A stretch of DNA of 64,000 bases, taken from positions 434,001 through 498,000 of the forward strand of contig JAUFOR010000003.1 of the NCBI GenBank assembly GCA_040285745.1, read 5' to 3'. The position numbers and the translations under genes are program-made. Below the pieces are notes generated by a model that worked only from the letters and a program-made list of their open reading frames with translations, was not told the DNA's origin and searched no databases. The DNA comes from Barthelona sp. PCE. Taxonomy: Eukaryota. Positions 1-9,862 of this stretch are shown piece by piece. Numbering within the stretch: position 1 is the first letter of the stretch; every line of letters begins with the position of its first letter.

Positions 1-169
1 TGAGGTCCCAAGGAAGTAAATAACTTCAGACCAACTATCTTCGGTTAGAGACATCGGTATAAGTTTGTAAAATGAGTTGAAAGAGTGTTTAAATGAGATA
101 ATGCGCGTATTTTTGAAACTCACCCTTTTCTTAAGCTACATTAATTTACCCGGGCGATTTTGCTGCATA

Positions 170-1822
170 ATGGTATCGGAGCTCGATAAACTGCGTAGAG
201 CTCAAAATGAACTTGTTAGTGAACTTTTAAATTCACAGAACGAAAATATGAACATTCAGCAACAATTGGGTAGGATGCAGGAACAAATGACACAACTTGA
301 ACTGACAATAGACAACAAAGATAAGGAGATTGATAATTTGAGGGAAGAAAAAAGCAAACTAACTGAAGATCTCAAAATCCAACCTCTTGGGAAAATTGAG
401 GAGATCAATAATCTAAAGAACACAGTTGAGCGCCTTGAGTTACAAAACAGTCTTCTTGTAACTAGAATAGAGAAAGAAGAAGAATTAAATCATGATTACA
501 AAATGGAGAACAACAATCTTCGCACAAAGCTTGATGGTTTGAAAGATACAGTCACTAGAGGTGATATTGAACGTGAAACTTTGATGCAGGCTGCTGAAAA
601 CACAGAAGACCTGCTTCTTCAGTTGAAAAACACACAAATTTCTTTGGCAGACAAAGAACTCGATCTTGAAACGATGAAGATGAATCTTGATGAGTTAAGG
701 CGCAAGAACGCTGCCCTCATGCACGATTGTGATGAATACAAGAGGTCTTTTATGAATCGTGAAGAAGAAGTAACTTCATCAATGAGAAAGAACGAAAATT
801 TGTTGAAAGATAATTTCACGCTACAGGAAAAACAAAGTGTAATGGAAAAAAGTATTGCGAGTTTAAGCACAGAGATAGAGCCTTTTAAAAGGCTTAATGA
901 TGTATATTTATCTTTTATTCGAGTCAATACAAGTGTTAATTTATCTATAAATGGGAAGAACCCACCTGCAAAGATATCAGATCATGCAAACTTCGGTGAA
1001 TGGCTGAATGAAATGGTGAGATACGTACAGAAAGCAAGAGTAATCGAAGGTACTATAAAGCAAAATCAAGCATTATTGGCGAGTGCACAATCTGAGATAG
1101 AGAAGAACCGTGGGTTTGAAGAGTTAGCAAATGAATTTCAGCAGCGCAACGAAGAATTATTGAGAGAAAATGCACTTTTAGCTAAAGAAAATTCACATTT
1201 TGTGAATGAAGTTGAAAGTTTTGAATCTCGATTAATACATGAGCGTATGAAGCTTGAGGAACAGTACAAGGTCGATGACAGGAGTCATATAAGTGAGGAT
1301 CGAATTTTAGAGTTGGAAGAAGAAAAACTAAATCTTGAAGAACGTTTACGTTCATTGAATATGAGATTTGAGAACAATATAAGATCTCATGAGAAGGAGA
1401 TATTCGATAAAATTACTGATATTACTAAAGAAAACAAAAAATTAAGAACAAAGAATGCAAAGTTACTTGAGAAATTGCAGTCAGTGACTCAATCCATGAA
1501 GAACGAGAAGAAACAGTTTTTCTCAACCATAAAAATGCTTAAAAATCAGCAAAAGAGACTTACTGCACAGATGGAGAACAATAGATTGGTCTTAACAACA
1601 CTTAATTCCAAATTTTTGGAGGTTGAAGAAAATTATAATGCAGAGAAGGCTTTATTTGTTTCACAGAGGCGAGCAATGGACATTATGAAGAAGCAGCATA
1701 CTCCTAAGCTACCACTTCCTGTTGTTGAGGATGATGTTTCTCTACCTAATTTATTCCAGTCCAGTGTAACGAATCTTGACAAATTAACAGAGCCGTTTAC
1801 AACTGTACGGCTCCACTTGTAG
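170..1822 (+). CDS. Long coiled-coil protein, function unknown
   Basis: The ORF track opens at a TTG at 77. The likely ATG is at 170 (MVSELDKL). The protein is E/K/L/N-rich heptad sequence throughout. Confidence 0.8.
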   Translation: MVSELDKLRRAQNELVSELLNSQNENMNIQQQLGRMQEQMTQLELTIDNKDKEIDNLREEKSKLTEDLKIQPLGKIEEINNLKNTVERLELQNSLLVTRIEKEEELNHDYKMENNNLRTKLDGLKDTVTRGDIERETLMQAAENTEDLLLQLKNTQISLADKELDLETMKMNLDELRRKNAALMHDCDEYKRSFMNREEEVTSSMRKNENLLKDNFTLQEKQSVMEKSIASLSTEIEPFKRLNDVYLSFIRVNTSVNLSINGKNPPAKISDHANFGEWLNEMVRYVQKARVIEGTIKQNQALLASAQSEIEKNRGFEELANEFQQRNEELLRENALLAKENSHFVNEVESFESRLIHERMKLEEQYKVDDRSHISEDRILELEEEKLNLEERLRSLNMRFENNIRSHEKEIFDKITDITKENKKLRTKNAKLLEKLQSVTQSMKNEKKQFFSTIKMLKNQQKRLTAQMENNRLVLTTLNSKFLEVEENYNAEKALFVSQRRAMDIMKKQHTPKLPLPVVEDDVSLPNLFQSSVTNLDKLTEPFTTVRLHL

Positions 1823-2003
1823 TAGTTTGTTTGTTAAACTTGTGTAAATATGATTGAAATTCTCACCTGATCTATGAATTTCTTTTTGTTAATATAAAAT
1901 GCAAAAAATTCTTTATTTGTGGTAACTTATGATATTTACAGCTCAAAATAACCACCTTAACAAATGAAAAACTCGTATTAAAACAACATACCTTTTTCTT
2001 AAT

Positions 2004-2411
2004 ATGAACATCAGGTGCATTTGTATCATATCAAAGGACAACAAACCTCTGTACTTTCACAGTGTGACAGGTTCAGAATTTGAGCTAAGATTCACAGTTC
2101 ATGCAGCATTGGACGTTCTCGATGAAAAAGCAGACGCCAAAGATGTAAGCTGTTTCAAGGGGCTTTTATTCTTGACAGAGGAGTTCAAAGTATACGGATA
2201 TATTGCTAACACTCATCTGCGCTTTGTTCTCATTATCGATAATGATGACAATTTTGAGATACCAGATAGTGCTGTTCGTGGTGTATTTAACTCGATTCAT
2301 AAGGAATTGACCAAGCTATATCTGAATCCTTTTTTCACAGATTTTGATACCACAATCACTTCAAACAATTTTCAAACGAAAATCTCGGAACTCTGTTCGA
2401 ATCCAACATAG
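2004..2411 (+). CDS. TRAPPC2L: TRAPP complex subunit 2-like (sedlin/longin family)
   Basis: Motifs CIISKDNKPLY, VHAALDVLDEK, GLLFLTEEFKVYGYIANT and LYLNPF are typical of TRAPPC2L/Tca17; length 135 aa. Confidence 0.85.
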   Translation: MNIRCICIISKDNKPLYFHSVTGSEFELRFTVHAALDVLDEKADAKDVSCFKGLLFLTEEFKVYGYIANTHLRFVLIIDNDDNFEIPDSAVRGVFNSIHKELTKLYLNPFFTDFDTTITSNNFQTKISELCSNPT

Positions 2412-2432
2412 ATGTGTATAAACACACCGCAT

Positions 2433-3176
2433 TTATTGCGACAATTGGTACTTACCATCCATCTCTTCCAAGAAAGCAATGTTTAACTTGCCTTCACTCA
2501 TCTCACCGTACACGTACAACCTGCTATCAGTATCGTTGATGTCTAGATTACTGATTTTAAAAGGAATTGTGAATTCATCTTGTACACCAGTGAAGGAGAA
2601 TAATTTTAAGTTGTTTTCATTTGATACGAACATCTTCTCTTCACTATGTAACACACATAACTTCTGTAAATCACAATCCAATTCAAAAGCTTCAACAACT
2701 TCCATATCAGACTCTTTAAGCAAAAAAATCTTTGATGCACACATTAAAACAAAAGTTCCCATTGTGAACCCCACATCTAATGCAGGGACCCTCTCAAAAA
2801 CTGTTGGTTCAGTGCTTTCTGTGTTCAAATCAAAATAAAACACATGCCTACCATCAAGCATCACCAAACCATCATTGCTGACACCAATCCTCTTAACGCC
2901 CATCATTGGAACGCTAATCTCCTTCTGTTTTTGACCAGATGCATCAAAAACGTAAACAATACCAGTAATGCTCAATATATACACAGCATCTTTGTTTGGT
3001 GAGACTACTACCTGCTTCATGGGGATCTCAGGTACATCGAAATGTCCCTTGATACGTTCAAGATTGCTAACAAATAATGTACAACCCTGATCATGTGCTA
3101 CGATCGAATAAGTGTTCAGAATCGCGATGTCGTTCACGCGTAACTCGTGAAATGTGCGTTGTGTTTTCAAATGCAT
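2433..3176 (-). CDS. Hypothetical beta-propeller-like protein (247 aa)
   Basis: Clean ATG-to-TAA ORF with repeated beta-strand/turn pattern (VVVSPNKDAVYILSITGIVYVFD). Confidence 0.6.
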   Translation of the reverse strand: MHLKTQRTFHELRVNDIAILNTYSIVAHDQGCTLFVSNLERIKGHFDVPEIPMKQVVVSPNKDAVYILSITGIVYVFDASGQKQKEISVPMMGVKRIGVSNDGLVMLDGRHVFYFDLNTESTEPTVFERVPALDVGFTMGTFVLMCASKIFLLKESDMEVVEAFELDCDLQKLCVLHSEEKMFVSNENNLKLFSFTGVQDEFTIPFKISNLDINDTDSRLYVYGEMSEGKLNIAFLEEMDGKYQLSQ

Positions 3177-3237
3177 TGCGAAAAGCCAAGCGATATTTAA
3201 AGCGAGGTGTTATTCACTTTATCCACTAATTCTAACA

Positions 3238-5910
3238 ATGTTACACATACATCACACATGTAAGACAGGAGGAACAGTCTCATTTTCTTCATATGAGATT
3301 TCCTACAAAAATGGGGATTATACATTCACCAAAAGTCTTTTGGAAGATAAGACCCCTTCATACGTGGATGTCTTCACATATGACGGCTGTGAACATCTTG
3401 CAACATGTCAGGGAAAAACTTTAACTATCGAAAAAATGGTTGACAGTAATACTACTGAAATGGTTGTTGAAACCACCGTTGAAAGCGAGATCTTCTCTGC
3501 TCAGATCAACCCTGTTGTCTCCAGCATTCTCGGCCTTGGTTGCGCAGATGGTATCATTTGCTTCAACTTAGCCACTCAGCAACCTCAAATGTCATTCACA
3601 GTTGACAGTTCGATCGTTGACTTTGAATGGGGGGTCAACGGAACAATCGTATGGTGCCTCACTGCTGATAATAGAATCGTTATGTTCGATATGAGAGAAT
3701 TCGGTGATAAGGGCTTTGATACAGTATTCGATCTCCCTGAGGAATGTACTTTCAAGTCCATTGCTCTTGACAAAGAGATGATTTGGATCAGCGGTGAGAA
3801 ACATCTTGCTTGCTACGCTCCAACTATTCATAAGGATGATCTTATTCACTGTGAGCATATCGCTTGGGGTGAGAAGTTCGTTTATATGAACGTTGATGCT
3901 GATGCATGGAAGGTTGACTGCCACCGTGATGACGGTACAATTTTTGAGCATACTATTGCTCATTTTTACCCTCCTGCCAGTGTCTATAGCAACCCCACGC
4001 TGCTCAAAAAGATCATTTCAATGCGATGCACCGATACTCATAGCTCCACGTGCTTCAACGGAGATCAGATCATTGTTGTTGAAAATGGTGCAGCCCACTT
4101 TTTCCTAAAACCTAAGACCGACCTTGATGAGTGTATCGTAAATGCTATTACTGAGCCATATGCCAATATCCCTGATACCGATGAGCAAATTGTCAACGTT
4201 ATTAAGGCAAAGGTTGCAAACAAAGGAACCAACATCATACTCGAGAAGCTCGGTGTTGTCGAACCCAAGAAGGAAACTATCAGCCAGGCCAGCGCCCTTG
4301 CATTTTTCGAGACCGTTAAGGTGGAGGAGCAAAAGGTAGAGGCTTCCGCAACAGCGTTCTTCAACAAAACAGAAACTCCAGTCACAAAGAAGCGTATTCA
4401 AGACGATGATGTTTATCGCTTCGCAGCAACGGGTCAGACTAACGAGGCTTTGGATCTCCTTATGGCCCAGAACAGATGGACCGAGGGTTTGATCTTGGGT
4501 CAGATCTTAGGTTGCTTTGACAAAGTCGTTGACTCTTTCCTCGAGAACAACGACTCTCCTCTCAGTGATTTCATCAGACTTCTTATGCACAAGGCTCCTG
4601 TTAACGAAATTGTAGACCACTACGATCTTGATGACTGGCAGTATCTGTGCTCCACCATTCTCCTTCACGAGCAACCTGATAAGCGTGTGCAGAGCCTCGC
4701 CACGCTTGCTGAAAAGATGCACGAAGGCGGAATCGACACTGGTAGCATCATCAACGTGCTCACTCTTGCCAACGACGTTAAAGAAATCGAACGTTTATGG
4801 CTCAAAGCACCAACAAATCACAGTGAGCTTTTACGTGAGATCAGTAAGATTGAGATCCTCAAGAAGCTGAGAGGCAATAATGTTAAACCCACTCACACCG
4901 AGCTTGCCATTGATATTGTCAACCAATTTTCAGACTATGCCAGGTCGCTAAACCACGAAGAGCTCTCCAGAAAAATCAGAGTCGGCGTTTCAGGAAGCGT
5001 TAAGACAGTCACTATGTTCGATAAACTTCCAGCCAAGAAGGTTGTTGCTCCCAAAATTGTTCCCAAAATCCATCAGCCTAGAATGGAAGTGCCCAAGATT
5101 ACCCCCAGCAAACAGCAGCCCGTAACAGTGCCTAAGATCTCTGCACCATCGTTCACTGCTGCGCATGGAGCCCCAAAGCGTATGGTTAAGGCTGCCGTCC
5201 CATCATTCTCCACAATGCCTGAGTTAAACTGGAAACCTACTCCAGTCAAGCCTGCTGTTGAGCACACTGAGCAACCTGTTGTTGAGCGTGCTGCCGAGCC
5301 TAATTTCGATCCTGCCCTCACAAGGAAATCGGTAGAACCGCTCAAGAAGTTCAAACCTGTTGCTCGTAACCGTCCTCAAGGGAAGATGAAGTCACTCACT
5401 GAGATCCCATCCGCATCTCTTCCACGCACCGATGTTGCTCCTCAACCGTTGCACACTTCACCTCACGCCAATAACCAGCTTGTCCATAGTCAGCCCATTG
5501 GATTCAACCATGGTGCTAACACGGGAGTGATGCATCAACCAGCACCCGTTGCCGCCCCTGTTGTCCAGTATGTTGACATGTCGAAGGAAATTGAGTACAT
5601 TCGTGGAATATCAGCTCAGACAGTTGGTTCAGCTTTAGAGCCGATGATCAACAATTTTGAAACATTCTTTGTTCGCAAGTTTGAGACAACAACAGCCAAC
5701 CGCAAGAACGAATATGAGAGAGCGCTCCGTGCCTTTACTGACTTTGTGCACAACATGCGACATATGAACCAAGACGAATTTACGCTCTTCTCTGAGTTCG
5801 CTGCGTGCCTCGCCGCTGATAATATGATGGATGCCAAACAACTTTCCAAGGGTATCCGTTCCAACAACAGACAGCTCAAGAGTATTGGTCTGCTCAGCTC
5901 CCTTCGTTAA
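3238..5910 (+). CDS. SEC31: COPII outer coat protein Sec31-like (divergent)
   Basis: N-terminal WD40-like region, helical ACE1-like region (WTEGLILGQILG, LDDWQYLCSTIL), long Pro-rich linker and short C-terminal helical domain match Sec31 architecture. ATG at 3238. Confidence 0.7.
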   Translation: MLHIHHTCKTGGTVSFSSYEISYKNGDYTFTKSLLEDKTPSYVDVFTYDGCEHLATCQGKTLTIEKMVDSNTTEMVVETTVESEIFSAQINPVVSSILGLGCADGIICFNLATQQPQMSFTVDSSIVDFEWGVNGTIVWCLTADNRIVMFDMREFGDKGFDTVFDLPEECTFKSIALDKEMIWISGEKHLACYAPTIHKDDLIHCEHIAWGEKFVYMNVDADAWKVDCHRDDGTIFEHTIAHFYPPASVYSNPTLLKKIISMRCTDTHSSTCFNGDQIIVVENGAAHFFLKPKTDLDECIVNAITEPYANIPDTDEQIVNVIKAKVANKGTNIILEKLGVVEPKKETISQASALAFFETVKVEEQKVEASATAFFNKTETPVTKKRIQDDDVYRFAATGQTNEALDLLMAQNRWTEGLILGQILGCFDKVVDSFLENNDSPLSDFIRLLMHKAPVNEIVDHYDLDDWQYLCSTILLHEQPDKRVQSLATLAEKMHEGGIDTGSIINVLTLANDVKEIERLWLKAPTNHSELLREISKIEILKKLRGNNVKPTHTELAIDIVNQFSDYARSLNHEELSRKIRVGVSGSVKTVTMFDKLPAKKVVAPKIVPKIHQPRMEVPKITPSKQQPVTVPKISAPSFTAAHGAPKRMVKAAVPSFSTMPELNWKPTPVKPAVEHTEQPVVERAAEPNFDPALTRKSVEPLKKFKPVARNRPQGKMKSLTEIPSASLPRTDVAPQPLHTSPHANNQLVHSQPIGFNHGANTGVMHQPAPVAAPVVQYVDMSKEIEYIRGISAQTVGSALEPMINNFETFFVRKFETTTANRKNEYERALRAFTDFVHNMRHMNQDEFTLFSEFAACLAADNMMDAKQLSKGIRSNNRQLKSIGLLSSLR

Positions 5911-5948
5911 TGTTAATAAATTGTTTTTTGATTAAATACTATTTACTC

Positions 5949-7328
5949 CTAGTAATACCAGGCGTGAGCAACAGATTGAGGGGCAAGATACTCGCCGAAC
6001 GAGGTGTTGGGAGCAACATAATTGCTCAGAGAAGCGAGAGCAAAGGTGCTGGCAGACTTTTCAAGATGAGAGAAGAATTTCTTCTTAATAATCTGAATAA
6101 GGTTTGAGCCAATAACAGAACCGAAATCACCAATAAACAACCAGAAAGAAAGAGCAATAAGGTTATACTTCTTCTTGATTTTATCGTCAATGTGACTGAC
6201 GGCTTGAACGTAGATGGCACCATTTGCGAATGCAACGGCGAAACCAGTCCAAAGGGCAACGGAACCAACATCAGAGAAACCAGCAAGAGCACCAGACAAG
6301 GTGATGGCAAAGTACCAGAACGGGTTGAACTTCTTCCTGTTAAAGAATATTCTACGAGAAGAGAAATCACCTGTGAAGAAGAAGACATTGTAAATGGCAA
6401 TGTAAGCATTGTAAGATACATTCATCTTCCAAAGACCAAAGTTCAACTCAACAGGTGCCTTGTCGAACATATAGAGAACAATGCCAGGTGAGAAGAATGA
6501 TACGGAAAGCATGTTGAACATCATAGCAAAAGCATAAGGGAGCACAGGCCCAACCCATTGTTTGATCTCCTTGATGTAACCCCAGAAATCAGCCAACTTA
6601 ATACTCTGTGACTTGATATCAACCTTGGGGATGATGAAACCCAGAACAATGAATCCAATAACCAAGAAGAAGATAACCATGAGGTAAAAGACTTGAGGAT
6701 TCTTATCGAGTGCGGGATTCAAAGACATAGCGAGGAAACTACCAACCGTGATCAAAACAATACCCGGGGGGATAGCACTGACCGCATAATGCTTTGTTTT
6801 CTTGTTAATGGGAGTACAGATGTTGATAAGATTAGCTTCAAACGAACCTATACCCATACCACCAAGACCATACGCTAACGCAACAAGTTTGTAAGAGATA
6901 CCATTGAAAATTGCATAAGAGCTAAAGAGCACGATTTCAGCACAAAGCATTGAAGTAAAAGCTAAGTAGACACGACCACGGGGCTTAAGAAAAGCAAAGA
7001 AGAAGTTATGGCCCAAACGGAAGATCAGGTTACCCAGGTAAAGCAGGGAACAACAGGTTCCAAACAGAGGATCACTTTCATTATGATCTAAATAATCATC
7101 TTTGTTATGTAAAAGCATTAAAAGGGGTCTTTGAAGGGCAAAAAGTGATGCATAACCAGCAAACATACCAATAGTGAGGAATGCAGCGGATGGATAAGCC
7201 TTTTTGATACCTTTCTCAGCTGGAGCTGGAGTAACTTCGAGATAGCTTTCGGCTGGAGATGCTACATCATGGTAACTCTCCTCACCTTCGATCTCAATGG
7301 ATACTGGATCGTTCAATTTGCGTGACAT
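5949..7328 (-). CDS. CLN3/battenin-like MFS-fold multipass transporter
   Basis: About 11 hydrophobic segments and motifs GYASLFALQ and GLGGMGIGSFEANL. Likely start MSRKLND at 7328. Confidence 0.6.
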   Translation of the reverse strand: MSRKLNDPVSIEIEGEESYHDVASPAESYLEVTPAPAEKGIKKAYPSAAFLTIGMFAGYASLFALQRPLLMLLHNKDDYLDHNESDPLFGTCCSLLYLGNLIFRLGHNFFFAFLKPRGRVYLAFTSMLCAEIVLFSSYAIFNGISYKLVALAYGLGGMGIGSFEANLINICTPINKKTKHYAVSAIPPGIVLITVGSFLAMSLNPALDKNPQVFYLMVIFFLVIGFIVLGFIIPKVDIKSQSIKLADFWGYIKEIKQWVGPVLPYAFAMMFNMLSVSFFSPGIVLYMFDKAPVELNFGLWKMNVSYNAYIAIYNVFFFTGDFSSRRIFFNRKKFNPFWYFAITLSGALAGFSDVGSVALWTGFAVAFANGAIYVQAVSHIDDKIKKKYNLIALSFWLFIGDFGSVIGSNLIQIIKKKFFSHLEKSASTFALASLSNYVAPNTSFGEYLAPQSVAHAWYY

Positions 7329-8108
7329 GATTGTGGAAAGGATGATAAAGCAAACTATGCGCCTGTTCATTTATTTGCTTCATATTACGTGCGTGTGTCG
7401 CAAGGTGTACACAATGTCACCTCATTCTAGTTAAAGTTTTACTGATTCAGTAAGATCTATAGTAAAAATTTGGCAAAAATTAATTGAGGCTGAATAATGT
7501 TTTTACTCTAATTTGTTGATGTCATTGCGAAACATATTTATAGTCATGCTTGAAGACAGATGTACGTCACCAATTACAATTTGGTTCAATTAATTCAAAA
7601 AACAATATCAAACTGTCAAAAAGTATTCCAAAGAAATCATGCCCACTGTTTGGTTAACAAAAAATCAGCCATTGTAACAAAAAAAACTTTTAAAGGTAAT
7701 ATTTCTGAAACGCAAAAATAATACCCTCCCCCCACGCTGAAAAAAGATCGTTTCATACGTTCATCAGAAAAAAATCTTGTTCAACCTCGTGAAATGTTGA
7801 GTAAAAAAATATCCAGCAAAATTTCCTTTGATTTCGCTCCCTTGGTCTCAGAGTGGGTAGATCTTTGCTTCGTTGAACCTAAGAATCCATAAATATTCTT
7901 GAAAATTCAGCAAGTGAGTAAGATTGAATTTCGAGGAATGCTGATTTTTTATGTAGAGAATTTTTCAACCCGTATCCCATATGTACTTTAATCTATTTCT
8001 GTGCTGAACTCAGTTATCTACGCACATTACTACTTTAAGAACACTTCAAATTACATTTTACATCCTGCAAAAATTGAAACTGATCATTTAAGCTTATATT
8101 AGTCTATT

Positions 8109-9080
8109 ATGGAACCTAAATCGTCGATCACATGCACGATGAGCAGTCCTTTATCCACGCTTGTTGACAATGGCACGTTAAATCGCCTTAATCTTAGCAA
8201 CAAGAGTGCTGAAACATTTTTTAAGGAATGGGAAGGAGTCCAAGAGGTTACTAAACAGCTTACGTACGATTTTAGCATCGCTCAAGCTAATGCTGATACT
8301 TTCAGATCGCAAGAAATTGAAGGATCGCAATTGGTTGATATACCCGATCTTGCTAAGCGTACATCTGGAGAAGATGAAGCAATGAAGACTGTGAATTGCT
8401 CTGAACTACAGTTAAGCGAGAATTTTAGCGTTTATGCAACACAGGCACCGTTATATCACACCATAGATGATTTTTGGCAAACGGTTTTTACAACCGATGT
8501 AGGTGCTATTTTAAACCTTGCCCCAATCTCTAAAGGAAAAGATTTCTACGTTCCATACTTTTCACCACTTTTACCCGTTGAAACCCATTTTTTTTCAATT
8601 ACACCACTCAAAACAAAAGTATTATGTGATCAAGCTATTGTTATAACATGGCTGAAGGTCACAAACAAAGCAACAGACGAAGAAAACATCTACCGTCACA
8701 TCCTGTTCCGTTCTTGGCCTTTGGACGATATCCCCAAAACGTTTACTCATATCCATTATCTTTTAGCGTTAACCATCACCCTGTCTGAAGGTCTTTTGAT
8801 TCACTGTTCGTATGGATGCGGACGTACTGGTGTTTTTCTTACACTTTTAGCCTTTTGTTTTGCCGTTTTGTTTTTTGATAGTACAGCGGAAAATTTCAAT
8901 TTTTCACAGACCATATTGAGTTTAAGACAGCAGCGTTCTCCAAATATGCTTCGTCGATTTACACAATATTTGACAGTAAGATCTTTTGCTCGTCATTTTA
9001 AGAAAAATAGATTTTTATCCTTGTGTCAAGAAACTAAACAACATCTAAATTACGATGAAACAGAGGCTACATCCTCTTAG
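8109..9080 (+). CDS. Classical-fold protein tyrosine phosphatase
   Basis: ATQAPL..TIDDFWQ, catalytic HCSYGCGRTG (HCx5R) and LRQQR...QY motifs. Confidence 0.9.
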   Translation: MEPKSSITCTMSSPLSTLVDNGTLNRLNLSNKSAETFFKEWEGVQEVTKQLTYDFSIAQANADTFRSQEIEGSQLVDIPDLAKRTSGEDEAMKTVNCSELQLSENFSVYATQAPLYHTIDDFWQTVFTTDVGAILNLAPISKGKDFYVPYFSPLLPVETHFFSITPLKTKVLCDQAIVITWLKVTNKATDEENIYRHILFRSWPLDDIPKTFTHIHYLLALTITLSEGLLIHCSYGCGRTGVFLTLLAFCFAVLFFDSTAENFNFSQTILSLRQQRSPNMLRRFTQYLTVRSFARHFKKNRFLSLCQETKQHLNYDETEATSS

Positions 9081-9103
9081 TATTATATTAATCAGTAAAA
9101 TTA

Positions 9104-9775
9104 TTAAACATTTATAATCTCAAAGGTTCTCATTTCATTCTCAACTCCCACAATGCGAATATCTTCGTGTAGTTCCCCGTCAATAAATGAATATGAGATT
9201 AGGTTACCCTCCTTCACCATGGGTAATGGATACTGTAACCCCTTCTTAACTATGTATACCCAAACATCTTCTTTAACTTCAAGTAAATCACCAGTGTTTG
9301 ACACGATTAGATTGGGTGCAATCCATTGAATCGAATCATAGAGCATAGGAGCCCTGTACGACTCCGTACATCGTTCTTCAAAGTCCTGATAAACCATGTG
9401 CCCACCAATATATGCTTGCAAACCAGTGAAAGGGCTGATATAAATATGATCACTTCCGATCTCCTGATCCCATCTTCCATCATTAGTTGGCCCAACAATC
9501 ATTACATACTCATCACTCATGTACCATACATAACCTTGAGCTGCAATAGGGTTCTCAATACTGTATTTCTCACACATTTGAATATTTGTACCTCGTTCCT
9601 TCAGCACATTACAGTCTACGTCATATATTGTTCCATCAGAAAAATCTACAGCTCTTGATTTTAAATTCTGAACGCTTACCTTATATATTTTCCTTCTTTC
9701 GAACGAAACAAATAAACCAGGACCAAAACTTAAGTCATCGTTGGGAATATTCCCTAAGTCACTAAGTATAAACAT
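9104..9775 (-). CDS. Hypothetical beta-rich protein (223 aa), possibly a short relative of the MPRIK family
   Basis: Clean ORF whose composition and C-terminus (ELHEDIRIVGVENEMRTFEII) loosely resemble the 12.6, 23 and 26.7 kb proteins. Confidence 0.6.
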   Translation of the reverse strand: MFILSDLGNIPNDDLSFGPGLFVSFERRKIYKVSVQNLKSRAVDFSDGTIYDVDCNVLKERGTNIQMCEKYSIENPIAAQGYVWYMSDEYVMIVGPTNDGRWDQEIGSDHIYISPFTGLQAYIGGHMVYQDFEERCTESYRAPMLYDSIQWIAPNLIVSNTGDLLEVKEDVWVYIVKKGLQYPLPMVKEGNLISYSFIDGELHEDIRIVGVENEMRTFEIINV

Positions 9776-9862
9776 TATTGCAAAGTGTTAAAAGTGTAAA
9801 AAACAATATCACCCTGTTCACGACTTTTTTTAAGTATTTCCCATATTTCAATTAATGCAAAC

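Noticed and set aside
7560-7892. 53-aa ORF (ATG 7560) followed in frame, after one TAA, by about 56 more open codons; possible readthrough or alternative genetic code
   Set aside because: There is no recognisable homology. All confident genes use TAA, TAG or TGA as stops with no internal stops, so there is no support for recoding.
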